Positions 26,677 through 37,089 of a stretch of 54,708 nucleotides of DNA are shown piece after piece (the first letter of the stretch is position 1; each line of letters opens with the position of its first letter). The notes beneath the pieces were generated by a model. That model saw only the letters and a list, made by a program, of their open reading frames with translations. It did not search any database and was not told the DNA's origin. The translations under genes and the position numbers were made by a program. Origin of the DNA: Alphaproteobacteria bacterium (lineage in GTDB: Bacteria; Pseudomonadota; Alphaproteobacteria; CAAHEQ01; UBA3637); NCBI GenBank assembly GCA_017958225.1, contig JAGDDD010000004.1:1-54708 (forward strand), in the 5' to 3' direction.

Positions 26677-29287
26677 ATTCTTTGTGAGACGCCAATTCCT
26701 TCAGGCGATACAACTCATCCAAGGCATCTTTCGGCGTCATTTGATCGGGATTGATAATCAACAATTCCTTTTCCAAAGGCGTGGGTTGTTTGTGTGCCAC
26801 GACCGCCGAAAACAGAGGCAGCGTTTTTTCCACGGCCGGCGTTTTGGTGCGTTCGGCATCCAAGCGTGCTAAAATGTGCGTTGCTCTATCCAAAACCACT
26901 TCCGGCAAACCGGCCAATTTAGCCACATGAATACCGTAAGATTTATCCAAAGCGCCCTTGCCAACCGAGTGCAAAAAGACAACCTCTCCGTTCCAATCTT
27001 TAATTTGCATGGTGTATAAAGCCACTTGATTGAGGCTGTCTTTGAGGGCCGTCAATTCATGATAATGCGTTGCAAACAGCGCGCGCGATTTATTGGTATC
27101 ATGCAGATATTCCACCACTGCCCACGCTAATGACAGGCCATCAAAAGTCGCCGTTCCGCGTCCAATTTCATCTAAAATGACCAAAGAACGCTCGGTGGCG
27201 TGATTGAGAATCGTTGCAGTTTCCACCATTTCCACCATAAAAGTCGATTGCCCGCGGGCCAAATCATCCGACGCACCTACGCGTGAAAACACTTTATCCA
27301 CCAGACCGATATGAGCCTGCTCTGCCGGCACAAAAGATCCGATTTGAGCCAAAATCGCGATCAAGGCATTTTGTCGCAAGAAGGTGCTTTTACCGGCCAT
27401 ATTCGGTCCGGTCAGCAACCACAAGCGCCCTTCCGGCTCACCCAAACAGCAATCGTTGGGGCAAAAAACCTGATGTTGCTTTTCCAACGCCTGTTCCACG
27501 ACCGGATGGCGACCACCTTTGATATCAAACGCCAAACTATCATCCACGACCGGCCGACAATAATTATGTTGCACCGCCACCACAGCCAACGAAGATGTGA
27601 CATCCAGCAAAGCCAGTGCCTGCGCGGCTTGCGTAATCGGGGTTGAGGCGTCCATCACCTGTTGGCACAGCTCTTCAAACAACTCTAATTCCATCGCTAA
27701 AATGTGATCTTGAGCCCCGCGCAATTCGTTATCCAACTCGGACAGTTCCTGCGTCGTAAAACGCACATTGTTCAACAATGTTTGCCGATGAATAAAGCCC
27801 AAAGACGCATCTGTCAGCATCTTGTTTGCCTGTTTGGCCGGCACTTCAATGAAATAGCCCAACAAATTGTTATAAGTGATTTTCAGAGTCGCAATACCCG
27901 TTTGTTTGACATAGTTATCTTGCATGCGGGCAATAATGCGTCGCGCATCATCTTTGTGCGTGCGAATAGTATCGAGCGCCGGACGGAAACCGGGCGCAAT
28001 AAAACCGCCATCCCGCGCTAGCAGTGGCAAATCAGGCAACAAGGCTCTTTCCAAAGTATCCACCAGTAAAGAGTGATCGCCCAACTGCTGTAAAGCCCAA
28101 TCTAACTGCACAGGAAAAGCGGTTCCGTTAAATAAGATTCTGATTTTCGGTATCAGCGCCAGGCCATCCCGAATCTGCGCCAAATCTCTGGGCCCGCCGC
28201 GACGCAAGGCAATGCGCCCTAACGCGCGTTCCAAATCGGGCACTTGCTTTAACAATTCGGCACACTCAAGGCGAGTTTTTTCGGCATCCACAAAAAAAGC
28301 GATCATATCCTGGCGACGTTTAATAGCTTCAACCGAGCACAAAGGCCGCGATAAATACTGCCGCAACAAGCGCCCGCCGGCCGCTGTTTTTGTCTTGTCT
28401 ATGCATGCCAACAAGGATGAGCCGCTGCCCGTATCAAAGATTTCCAAACTACGCCGCGTGCCGGCATCAATCTGCATACAGGCTTCTTCCTGTAAGCGTG
28501 TCGGCGCTTTCAAACGCGGGAAAGAGGCCTTTTGTGTCAAGGCAATATAATCTAACGCTACGCCGGCCGCCATAACTTCCACACGCGAAAAGTCGCCATA
28601 TGCGTCTAATGACGCCACATGAAACGTCTGTTTTAACCGCTCCAGCGCATTGGTATAGGAAAAGCGCGCATCCGGCAACACCGTCATTTTATGGCGGTAA
28701 TCATAAAGTTGCGCCTGCATATCTTTGGCAAAAGATTCGCCCACCAACAATTCGGCACACTCCAAACTGGACAATAGACTCAATAAATCATTGGGCTTAA
28801 TCAAAGCGGCCATAAAATCGCCAGTAGATAAATCAACCCACGACACGCCTAAATCGTTGCCAATCAGCACACATGCAATCAAATAATTATTCTTTTTGGC
28901 GTCCAACAGCATTTCTTCCGTCAAAGTGCCGGCGGTTACCACCCGAATCACATCGCGACGCACCAATGCGGCCGAGCCTCTTTTTTTCGCATCAGCCGGA
29001 TTTTCCATCTGCTCACAAATGGCCACCTTAAACCCTTGTTTAACCAGTTTGGCTAAGTAACTTTCATACGCATGGAAAGGCACGCCGCACATCGGCACAT
29101 CCGTGCCTTCGCTTTTGCCGCGTTTTGTCAAAGTAATGTCCAGCGCGCGTGAGGCCGTCTTAGCGTCCTCGTAAAACAATTCGTAAAAATCGCCCATGCG
29201 ATAAAACACCAAGCAATCTGGATATTGCTTTTTAATTTCCAGATACTGATCCATCATAGGCGTGCGCGAGGACTCTTTTGACTTCAT
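26675..29287 (-). CDS. mutS: DNA mismatch repair protein MutS
   Basis: 870 aa. [12 protein letters not shown]-terminus and GPNMAGKST Walker A. Confidence 0.95.
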   Translation of the reverse strand: MKSKESSRTPMMDQYLEIKKQYPDCLVFYRMGDFYELFYEDAKTASRALDITLTKRGKSEGTDVPMCGVPFHAYESYLAKLVKQGFKVAICEQMENPADAKKRGSAALVRRDVIRVVTAGTLTEEMLLDAKKNNYLIACVLIGNDLGVSWVDLSTGDFMAALIKPNDLLSLLSSLECAELLVGESFAKDMQAQLYDYRHKMTVLPDARFSYTNALERLKQTFHVASLDAYGDFSRVEVMAAGVALDYIALTQKASFPRLKAPTRLQEEACMQIDAGTRRSLEIFDTGSGSSLLACIDKTKTAAGGRLLRQYLSRPLCSVEAIKRRQDMIAFFVDAEKTRLECAELLKQVPDLERALGRIALRRGGPRDLAQIRDGLALIPKIRILFNGTAFPVQLDWALQQLGDHSLLVDTLERALLPDLPLLARDGGFIAPGFRPALDTIRTHKDDARRIIARMQDNYVKQTGIATLKITYNNLLGYFIEVPAKQANKMLTDASLGFIHRQTLLNNVRFTTQELSELDNELRGAQDHILAMELELFEELCQQVMDASTPITQAAQALALLDVTSSLAVVAVQHNYCRPVVDDSLAFDIKGGRHPVVEQALEKQHQVFCPNDCCLGEPEGRLWLLTGPNMAGKSTFLRQNALIAILAQIGSFVPAEQAHIGLVDKVFSRVGASDDLARGQSTFMVEMVETATILNHATERSLVILDEIGRGTATFDGLSLAWAVVEYLHDTNKSRALFATHYHELTALKDSLNQVALYTMQIKDWNGEVVFLHSVGKGALDKSYGIHVAKLAGLPEVVLDRATHILARLDAERTKTPAVEKTLPLFSAVVAHKQPTPLEKELLIINPDQMTPKDALDELYRLKELASHKE

Positions 29288-29353
29288 AATTTGTTTTGCT
29301 TTTTTATCTAAAACTTTCTATACTGTTGATACTTTAGATTATAGCAAAATATT

Positions 29354-30721
29354 ATGAAAAAAACACTAAAAAAACGTAAACACCGCCAAAAACTTGTCCG
29401 CACAAGATCTCATATTTGGGCCATTATGCTGCCGTTGAGCATCGCCTTTTTGATCTTTGTGATTACGGGGCAATTGCATCCGTTGTGGGCCATCATCGTC
29501 TTTTGTATTACGTTTATTTTTACCTTTATTATCTCCCGCCACTACGCCAAAGAAATGGGCGGTATTCTGACCTATTTGCGCAAGGAAGCCCTAGGGCTAG
29601 AGGACACCGAGTTTTTATCGTTTTTCAAACGTCGGCCGGATGCGTCGCGCATTGTGCAAACCTTCAACGAAATTAAAAATGCCTGGAGCAAAAAAACTTC
29701 ACAATTAGAAGCGCAAACATTATCCGACGCAGCGACATTGGAGCATTTGCCGATTCCCTTGCTGATGTTGGACGAAAATAAAATAGTTGTGCAAGCAAAC
29801 TTGGCTGCTTTTCAGCTGTTTTCTTTGACCATGATTGGCAAGCCCGTTTTGAAAGTTGTGCCCTCGCCCAAATTGCGACAAGCCTTACAAGATTTATCTT
29901 CAAAAAAAGAGCCGGTGCGCGACATTGTCTTTACCGACAAACACAAACTGACCTTCCGTGCCATTGTGGAAAAGTTGCCGGCGCCGACACAATCGGGTGC
30001 TTGTTTTGTTCTCATGCTGCACGATATCTCGTCGTTAAAACAATTTGAAGAAACGCAGCGCGCCTTTTTCATCAACGCCAGCCACGAATTAAAAACACCG
30101 CTGTCTGTGCTGTTAGGCCTTGTGGAAACCTTGCGTGGCACCGCTCAAAAAGATCCGGTGGCTCAACAAAAGTTTTTGTATATGATGCATGGGCAAATTA
30201 CCTATATGACGCAACTTGTCCAAGACCTTTTAACGTTGTCACGTGTGGAACAACACATCGGCAAAGCACAAAAAGTCAGTATCAACCGCGTGCTTTTATC
30301 TATCTGTCAAAAACTCAAATTGCGCGCGAAACAAGAGGGCAAGCCGTTGCAGATTTCTATTCCGCATACGCACATTTTTATGAAGGCGGTCACCTTAGAT
30401 ATTTCACATCTGTTTGAAAATCTGATTGATAACGCCATTAAATACGGCGAGCCGAATAATCCTGTGGAAATTACTTTAACGCAAGGGACCAATTACACCT
30501 TTGTGCTTGAGGTGAAAAACAAAGGCCTGATTGCCCGCAAACACTTGAAACGACTGGGCGAGCGCTTTTATCGTCTGCCGGAACACAGCCACATCAGCGG
30601 CACCGGTTTAGGCTTGAGCATTGCGCAGGAAATTGCCCATAAATATCAGGGCACCTTTACCATTACCAGTTCTGCAAAACAAGGGGTCGTTTGTCGCCTT
30701 GTTCTGCCCCGTTTAAGATAA
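29354..30721 (+). CDS. PhoR-like sensor histidine kinase (TM-PAS-HisKA-HATPase)
   Basis: H-box FINASHELKTPLS and G-box GTGLGLSIA. No response regulator gene is adjacent. Confidence 0.8.
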   Translation: MKKTLKKRKHRQKLVRTRSHIWAIMLPLSIAFLIFVITGQLHPLWAIIVFCITFIFTFIISRHYAKEMGGILTYLRKEALGLEDTEFLSFFKRRPDASRIVQTFNEIKNAWSKKTSQLEAQTLSDAATLEHLPIPLLMLDENKIVVQANLAAFQLFSLTMIGKPVLKVVPSPKLRQALQDLSSKKEPVRDIVFTDKHKLTFRAIVEKLPAPTQSGACFVLMLHDISSLKQFEETQRAFFINASHELKTPLSVLLGLVETLRGTAQKDPVAQQKFLYMMHGQITYMTQLVQDLLTLSRVEQHIGKAQKVSINRVLLSICQKLKLRAKQEGKPLQISIPHTHIFMKAVTLDISHLFENLIDNAIKYGEPNNPVEITLTQGTNYTFVLEVKNKGLIARKHLKRLGERFYRLPEHSHISGTGLGLSIAQEIAHKYQGTFTITSSAKQGVVCRLVLPRLR

Positions 30722-31165
30722 AATCAACTGTAATTTATTTTGCGATTTGCAATCTTTGGTCGGCGGCGTTTGCGGCGAAAAACTTTTGCCGTTGAGCTTA
30801 CCGCGCTTTAATCCGTCTAACCGACCTGACAAAATAAATTGACAGGCTTGAGCCGACACATTGGGCAAGGTAATTTCAAATGCGTGTCCGTTATCGGTCG
30901 CGCGTGCTGTGCCCGTCAAACCGCTGTCGGACAGATTTTCCGACAACCCTTTATATTGGCCCCAATATTGAGAACGAATATCCAAAATAATCATTTGCAG
31001 TGTTTGTAATGTGGAAATCGCTGCAGCTTTTGAAGTGCCGGACGACACTGATTGCGCAGAACTGCGCGTCATCGCTCCCTGGACCGCCATAGAGCCGAGC
31101 ACGTCCGTCATTTGCGCTTGCGCCGGCAAGGCGGCCAACAACGCTAAAAGATACCATTTTTTCAT
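30713..31165 (-). CDS. secreted protein with pilin-like C-terminal Cys pair
   Basis: aaggagg RBS. Sec signal MKKWYLLALLAALPAQA. Its start overlaps the dnaQ stop (ATGA). Confidence 0.5.
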   Translation of the reverse strand: MKKWYLLALLAALPAQAQMTDVLGSMAVQGAMTRSSAQSVSSGTSKAAAISTLQTLQMIILDIRSQYWGQYKGLSENLSDSGLTGTARATDNGHAFEITLPNVSAQACQFILSGRLDGLKRGKLNGKSFSPQTPPTKDCKSQNKLQLILS

Positions 31166-31851
31166 ACAGTATCCTCCTTTTTCCATAGTGGATCCGTTAT
31201 TTTTTCCAAGAAACTTTCGTGTGCTTTTTTCTCTTCATCAGACACAGGAAACAAGCGCGCCGGACGCACCTGTTTTGCGGCATAAATCGTGTCCATATCT
31301 TCTTCCGGCAATGCCTTATTTAACAACAAATCAGGCTCACGACCACCCAACAATTCCAAATAAACTTCAACCAGCAACTCGGCGTCCAACAAGGCGCCAT
31401 GCAAGGTGCGGTTAGAGTTGTCAATGTGAAAACGCCGGCACAATTCGTCCAAATTGACGCGCGAGCCGGGGAACATTTTATGCGCCAACACAACGGTATC
31501 TATCGCACGATTCATATCCAACTCATCACAACCAGCCTGTTTGAGTTCATAGTTTAAAAACTTCATATCAAAGGGCGCGTTATGCGCAACCAACATAGAA
31601 TCTGTGCCGATAAAGTCCAAAAAGTCATGGCAGATTTCTTCAAAAGTCGGCTTGTCCGACAAAAACTCTTCCGTCAAACCGTGGATTTTAACCACCTCAT
31701 CACTGAGTGAGCGCAACGGGTTGATATAGCGTTGAAAGCGTCGCCCCGTCGGCATACGATCTATCAATTCAATCGCACCGATATCGACAATTTTATCCCC
31801 TTCGGCAGGGTTCAAACCTGTTGTTTCCGTATCAAAAACAATCTCTCGCAT
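31162..31851 (-). CDS. dnaQ: DNA polymerase III epsilon subunit (3'-5' exonuclease)
   Basis: MREIVFDTETTGL, HNAPFD, HGALLDAELL exo motifs. Confidence 0.9.
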   Translation of the reverse strand: MREIVFDTETTGLNPAEGDKIVDIGAIELIDRMPTGRRFQRYINPLRSLSDEVVKIHGLTEEFLSDKPTFEEICHDFLDFIGTDSMLVAHNAPFDMKFLNYELKQAGCDELDMNRAIDTVVLAHKMFPGSRVNLDELCRRFHIDNSNRTLHGALLDAELLVEVYLELLGGREPDLLLNKALPEEDMDTIYAAKQVRPARLFPVSDEEKKAHESFLEKITDPLWKKEDTV

Positions 31852-31906
31852 ACTGTCCTCTCTTTGGGCAGCATCATATCAGATTATGGGAAAAACGGCA
31901 ACCTGT

Positions 31907-33016
31907 TTATTCAAAAAAGGCTTTGACTTTATCAAAAAAGCCTTGTGTTTTGGGATTGACGGCCGTGCTGTCATCCGAAAAGGCGCGCAACAATTCTTTT
32001 TGCTTGGCCGACAGATGTGTCGGCGTTTCCACAATCACGCGCACAAACAACGCACCGCGCCGGCCACTTTTCATCAAGGGCATACCCAGCCCGTTTAATT
32101 TCACTTCATAACCGGTTTGCGTTCCCTCGGGCAACTTGACCTCTTGCGGTTTCCCGTCCAAAGTTGGCACTTGAATTGTGCCACCCAACGCCGCCACCGT
32201 CATCGGCACGGGCACTTCGCACAACAAGTTGGCCTCGTCGCGCACAAACAAGGGGTTATCTTCCACCGTGATAAACACATACAGGTCGCCACAGGCACCG
32301 CCATGCAGACCTGCATTGCCTTCGCCCGTCAAGCGCATACGCACGCCCGTATCAACACCGGCAGGAATAGAGATTTCCAATTTTTTCGTGACCTTAACAC
32401 GGCCGGTGCTATGGCACTCTGAACAGGGATGTTTGACGGTCTTACCTGTGCCGCCACACGCAGAACAAGGCGTTTCCATCATAAAAAAGCCGTTCTGGCG
32501 ACGCACACGTCCGCGCCCGCCACACACTGGACAAGAAATCACATCCGTGCCGCCGGCCCCGCCACAGGCTTCACAGGCCTTAAATGCCGATACGGGAATC
32601 GTTTTTTTCACGCCGGCAAAGGCTTCCTGTAACGATATGGTCAAATCATAGCGAATATCTTCTCCGCGCAACCGCTCGGCGTCAGAGCCATAGGAACTTC
32701 TTTGCCCCATAAAACCATTAAAAACTTCTTCAAAAACAGACGACAGATTATCACCAAAAGGAAAGCCGCCAAAACCACCGGCGCCACCTTGTTCAAAGGC
32801 AGCGTGTCCGTAATGATCATAAGCGCTTCTTTTGTCCGCAGATGATAAAACCTCGTAAGCCTCAGTCACTTCTTTAAACATCGCTTCGGCTTGCAAGTCT
32901 CCAGGATGCAAGTCAGGATGGCATGCCTTCACCTTACTCCTGTATGCACGTTTTATCATGTCGGGAGACGCTGAACGATCCACGCCCAGCGTCTCGTAAT
33001 AATCTTTTTTACTCAC
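31907..33016 (-). CDS. dnaJ: chaperone DnaJ
   Basis: J domain with HPD, G/F region and four CxxCxGxG repeats. GTG start abuts the dnaK stop. Confidence 0.95.
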   Translation of the reverse strand: MSKKDYYETLGVDRSASPDMIKRAYRSKVKACHPDLHPGDLQAEAMFKEVTEAYEVLSSADKRSAYDHYGHAAFEQGGAGGFGGFPFGDNLSSVFEEVFNGFMGQRSSYGSDAERLRGEDIRYDLTISLQEAFAGVKKTIPVSAFKACEACGGAGGTDVISCPVCGGRGRVRRQNGFFMMETPCSACGGTGKTVKHPCSECHSTGRVKVTKKLEISIPAGVDTGVRMRLTGEGNAGLHGGACGDLYVFITVEDNPLFVRDEANLLCEVPVPMTVAALGGTIQVPTLDGKPQEVKLPEGTQTGYEVKLNGLGMPLMKSGRRGALFVRVIVETPTHLSAKQKELLRAFSDDSTAVNPKTQGFFDKVKAFFE

Positions 33017-34927
33017 TTATTTTTTTACTTCCTCAAAATCAGCATCAACAACATCTTCTTTGGGTTGTTCGGCTTGCGCCTGTTCGCCCGCAGATTGCGC
33101 ACCGGCCTGACCGGCGGCTTCTTGTTGCGCCTTATACATCGCCTCACCCAACTTCATAGAAGCATTGGTCACGGCTTCAGTTTTATTGTTAATCGTGTCT
33201 AAATCATCGCCCTGCGCCGCGTCTTTCAACTCTTGCAAAGCAGTTTCAATAGCACTCTTGTCGGCCGCTGACACTTTATCGCCATACTCTTTCAAAGTTT
33301 TTTCAGTCGCGTGGACAACGGCTTCGGCTTTGTTTTTCGCCTCAATCAGTTCACGTTTCTTTTTATCTTCTTCAGCATGCGCTTCAGCATCTTTGACCAT
33401 CCGATCAATATCCGCGTCTTTCAGACCGCCGGACGCTTGAATACGAATCGCCTGTTCTTTGTTGGTCGCCTTATCTTTAGCGGTCACATTGACGATACCG
33501 TTGGCGTCAATATCAAACGTGACTTCAATTTGAGGCATACCACGCGGTGCAGGCGGAATACCGACCAAGTCAAATTGACCTAATAATTTGTTGTCCGCGG
33601 TCATTTCGCGTTCGCCTTGGAACACACGAATCGTCACAGCGGTTTGTCCGTCTTCGGCGGTCGAGAACACTTGCGACTTGCGTGTCGGAATAGTGGTATT
33701 TCTGTCAATCAAGCGTGTGAATACACCGCCCAAGGTTTCAATACCCAAGGACAACGGGGTCACATCCAACAACAACACGTCTTTGACATCGCCTTTGAGC
33801 ACACCACCCTGAATAGCAGCGCCCAACGCCACCACTTCATCCGGATTGACGCCCTTATGTGGCTCTTTGCCGAAGAACTCTTGAACGATTTGTTGGACTT
33901 TCGGCATACGAGTCATACCACCGACCAAGATCACTTCGTCAATGTCTTTGACCGTCAAGCCGGCATCTTTCAAAGCGTTTTCACACGGCTTCTTTGTTCT
34001 TTCCAACAAGTCAGCCACCAAGCTTTCCAATTTGGCGCGGGTCAAGGTCACATTCAGATGTTTCGGACCTGTGGCATCGGCGGTAATAAACGGCAAATTG
34101 ACCTCTGTTTGCTCCACGGAAGACAATTCGATTTTGGCTTTTTCGGCCGCTTCCTTCAGGCGCTGCAAAGCCATTTTGTCTTGACGCAAGTCAATGCCTT
34201 GTTCTTTTTTGAACTCTTCGGCCAAATAGTCAATCACACGCATATCAAAGTCTTCACCGCCCAAGAAGGTATCACCGTTGGTCGATTTCACTTCAAACAC
34301 ACCATCGCCGATTTCCAAAATAGATACATCGAACGTACCACCGCCCAAGTCATACACGACAATGGTGCCGGATTTTTTCTTTTCCAGGCCATAGGCTAAC
34401 GCTGCCGCTGTCGGCTCATTGATAATACGCAACACTTCCAAGCCCGCGATTTTACCGGCGTCTTTGGTCGCCTGACGTTGTGAATCGTCAAAGTAGGCCG
34501 GCACCGTAATAATGGCTTGTTTCACGGGCTGGCCCAAATAGGCTTCGGCGTCCTCTTTTAATTTTTGCAAAATAAAAGCCGAGATTTGTGAGGGCGCGTA
34601 TTTTTGATTGCGCACTTCCACCCAAGCATCTCCGTTATCGCCGGACACAATGTGATAAGGCACAAGTTTCTTGTCCTTTTCCACCACTTTATCATTATAG
34701 CGACGACCGATTAAACGTTTAATCGCAAAAATCGTGCCTTCCGGATTGGTGACCGCCTGACGCTTTGCCGGCATACCGACCAAACGTTCGCCTTTTGGCG
34801 TAAAAGCTACCATAGACGGGGTTGTTCTGGCCCCTTCACGATTTTCCAATACTTTGGCATCGCCACCTTCCATAATGGCTACACAGGAATTGGTGGTGCC
34901 CAAGTCAATACCAATTATTTTATTCAT
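33017..34927 (-). CDS. dnaK: chaperone DnaK
   Basis: [14 protein letters not shown]; ATG at 34927 with an aaggag RBS. The ORF-track start at 34957 is an extension. Confidence 0.95.
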   Translation of the reverse strand: MNKIIGIDLGTTNSCVAIMEGGDAKVLENREGARTTPSMVAFTPKGERLVGMPAKRQAVTNPEGTIFAIKRLIGRRYNDKVVEKDKKLVPYHIVSGDNGDAWVEVRNQKYAPSQISAFILQKLKEDAEAYLGQPVKQAIITVPAYFDDSQRQATKDAGKIAGLEVLRIINEPTAAALAYGLEKKKSGTIVVYDLGGGTFDVSILEIGDGVFEVKSTNGDTFLGGEDFDMRVIDYLAEEFKKEQGIDLRQDKMALQRLKEAAEKAKIELSSVEQTEVNLPFITADATGPKHLNVTLTRAKLESLVADLLERTKKPCENALKDAGLTVKDIDEVILVGGMTRMPKVQQIVQEFFGKEPHKGVNPDEVVALGAAIQGGVLKGDVKDVLLLDVTPLSLGIETLGGVFTRLIDRNTTIPTRKSQVFSTAEDGQTAVTIRVFQGEREMTADNKLLGQFDLVGIPPAPRGMPQIEVTFDIDANGIVNVTAKDKATNKEQAIRIQASGGLKDADIDRMVKDAEAHAEEDKKKRELIEAKNKAEAVVHATEKTLKEYGDKVSAADKSAIETALQELKDAAQGDDLDTINNKTEAVTNASMKLGEAMYKAQQEAAGQAGAQSAGEQAQAEQPKEDVVDADFEEVKK

Positions 34928-34971
34928 AGCAAACTCCTTATTTTTAAGTGATTTCAACTGGTTTGACTTTC

Positions 34972-35000
34972 ATATAGTGTATAAAATCGTATTTTGCAAG
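34972..35000 (-). promoter_or_regulatory. RpoH (sigma32)-type promoter CTTGCAA-N14-CACTATAT for dnaKJ
   Basis: Compared with the recalled consensus CTTGAAA-N13/14-CCCCATNT. grpE has the same -35 heptamer and spacing. Confidence 0.4.
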
Positions 35001-35077
35001 TGGGCAGATAAAAAACTTTGCAATTTCTATAAAATAAATATAAAATGAGTGCAAACAATTGATAGGAGGACCCGCTC

Positions 35078-36739
35078 ATGGCAGATTTTTGGCTTTTTGC
35101 ACCTGAATATTATGCAGAGTTGCCGGCGTGTATCGGCACGCTCATCTTGGCTTTATTCTTCTTTGGTTACGGAAAAACTGTCGTCGGGCAAGGTCGTTGC
35201 TTCCCGCTGTTAGCGGCGGCGTTCTTCCTGGCCTCGATTCATGCGACATTAAACTTGTTCGGCTTGATGGCATGCAGCAACGGCGCCTGTTTTGATCCGA
35301 CGGTCATGGCCTTGGGCGGCGCTTTTATACAAACCACCGCGGCGTTGTTTGTGTTATTCACCGTTTTATATCAGCAAGACAGTTTCCAGACCTTATCTGC
35401 CTCAGCCAAAAAGAAGTTTGTGGTTATCTGCACACTGCTGGTCAATGTGCTTGTCCTGGGCGCAACACATGTCCTGGAATATAAATTGCCCATCGATGGC
35501 GTTTTCTGGGTCATCGCTCTGTTGTTCTATGGTATAGAGTTGCTGTGGTCGAACAGCCCAACCGACAAACGTCAAACATTTGGTTTCGGCGTCTCACTCA
35601 TTGTGCTCAGTTGTGTTGATGCCGTATCCGTCTTGCGGCGGCCCGCATTGGCTCAGTTATGGACAGCGGCCGACCTGGAAGGTATTTTCCCGCAATTCTG
35701 GGGCGTTGAAAGTTTGGCCTATGCTTTTGTGTTGCTCATGTTCCTGGTGCTCAACAATCGTTTGGTTTATGCGCGCTTGGAGACCATGAAAAAGCAATTG
35801 GAAACCGCCTCGCAAAAGACGATGGTGATCATGCAGACGGTGCCTCTGCCCATTATGATTTTCCAACTGAACGAAGAGACTTTGTTGTTTGCCAATGCCA
35901 CAGCCAGCCAGTTGTTCCACATTGATATGACGACCGATGTCGGCCATGTGAAATTGCGCGATTACTATACAGATCCCAACACGCGTAAGATTTTGTTACA
36001 GGCCTTAACCACGGTCGGCTCTGTTGAAAATCTGACCATCTTGTTCAAACGTCGCGATACAGCAGAAGAGTTCTGGGTGGACATGAATGCTTGCGTTATT
36101 AACTTTAATAACGAGTTGGCGCTCTATACCATTTGTCGCGAGGTAACCCAACAAAAACGGCAAGAAGAAGCCTTGTATCAAGATGCGACCATCGATCCTT
36201 TGACTAAGTGCTACAACCGTCGTCAATTGTATCATATGATATCAAAAGAGGTGACACGCTCATGGCGGTATAACACCCCGTTCTGCTTGATTATGGTGGA
36301 TATTGACCACTTCAAAACCATCAACGATACTTACGGACACAGCGCCGGCGACGAGGCTTTGAAATCTTTGGTCTTGTCATTACAATCGCAGTTGCGTTCC
36401 GGCGATTCTGTCGGTCGTTATGGTGGTGAGGAGTTTATTGTCATCCTGTCGGGAACGGCAGCGCGCGACGCCTTCATGGTGGCAGAACGTTTGCGCAAAA
36501 ACATTGCCAAATTAAAGATTACAACGACAGACCAGCGCACCTTCTCGATGACGGTCAGTATGGGCTTGGTCGAATCGACGCACAATCAAGATGTCAACCA
36601 GTTGATTCAATACGCAGACAAGGCCCTTTATATTGCCAAGAACAGCGGACGTAACCGCACGGTTGTCTATGATGGCACGTCGCAGCAACAAGCGGCACCG
36701 ACCACAGATGCGTCGGCGATTGATTCGGATCAGCAATGA
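35078..36739 (+). CDS. membrane-bound PAS-GGDEF diguanylate cyclase
   Basis: About 7 N-terminal TM helices, a PAS-like segment, then RYGGEEF. Confidence 0.8.
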   Translation: MADFWLFAPEYYAELPACIGTLILALFFFGYGKTVVGQGRCFPLLAAAFFLASIHATLNLFGLMACSNGACFDPTVMALGGAFIQTTAALFVLFTVLYQQDSFQTLSASAKKKFVVICTLLVNVLVLGATHVLEYKLPIDGVFWVIALLFYGIELLWSNSPTDKRQTFGFGVSLIVLSCVDAVSVLRRPALAQLWTAADLEGIFPQFWGVESLAYAFVLLMFLVLNNRLVYARLETMKKQLETASQKTMVIMQTVPLPIMIFQLNEETLLFANATASQLFHIDMTTDVGHVKLRDYYTDPNTRKILLQALTTVGSVENLTILFKRRDTAEEFWVDMNACVINFNNELALYTICREVTQQKRQEEALYQDATIDPLTKCYNRRQLYHMISKEVTRSWRYNTPFCLIMVDIDHFKTINDTYGHSAGDEALKSLVLSLQSQLRSGDSVGRYGGEEFIVILSGTAARDAFMVAERLRKNIAKLKITTTDQRTFSMTVSMGLVESTHNQDVNQLIQYADKALYIAKNSGRNRTVVYDGTSQQQAAPTTDASAIDSDQQ

Positions 36740-37089
36740 AAAATTATCTGCATCCGCACCCATCCAAAGTTCGACGCTGGGCTCTGCCGGCCATTTGTCT
36801 GTTTTTGGTGGTATATTTTTTCGTGCATATGATTTTTGGAACACATGGTCTGGTGCGGCAAGCACAACTCAATGCTGAGATTGAAGAAGCGCGCCAGGTT
36901 CAGCAACAAACCACGTTGGAACGCGAAAGAATGCGACAAAAAGTTTATGGCCTGTCGCCCGAACACCTGGATTTGGATATGTTGGATGAGGCCGGACGCG
37001 AAATTTTAAACCTGGGCGAAAAAGGCGACTTTATTATTTTGAACAACGGGGCTCAAACATCATCCGATGCGCTTGCTCATCAAAACTGA
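36736..37089 (+). CDS. ftsB: septum formation initiator (FtsB/DivIC family)
   Basis: Single TM helix plus a coiled coil. LDMLDEAGREILNL motif. ATGA overlap with the cyclase stop. Confidence 0.65.
   Translation: MKNYLHPHPSKVRRWALPAICLFLVVYFFVHMIFGTHGLVRQAQLNAEIEEARQVQQQTTLERERMRQKVYGLSPEHLDLDMLDEAGREILNLGEKGDFIILNNGAQTSSDALAHQN

Noticed and set aside
29354-30721. Orphan PhoR-like histidine kinase as an unusual feature
   Set aside because: Kinase genes unlinked from their regulators are common, and nothing in the sequence itself is atypical.
33617-34399. Long antisense ORFs inside well-supported genes. Examples: 260 aa opposite dnaK, 239 aa at 18937-19656 opposite the DsbA-like gene, 175 aa at 12229-12756 opposite mscS, 173 aa at 21960-22481 opposite fadL, 139 aa at 17805-18224 opposite leuS.
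   Set aside because: They lie fully inside conserved genes on the other strand. Their composition is low-complexity or His/Arg/Phe-rich, they have no RBS, and they show no recognisable motifs. I treat them as shadow ORFs.
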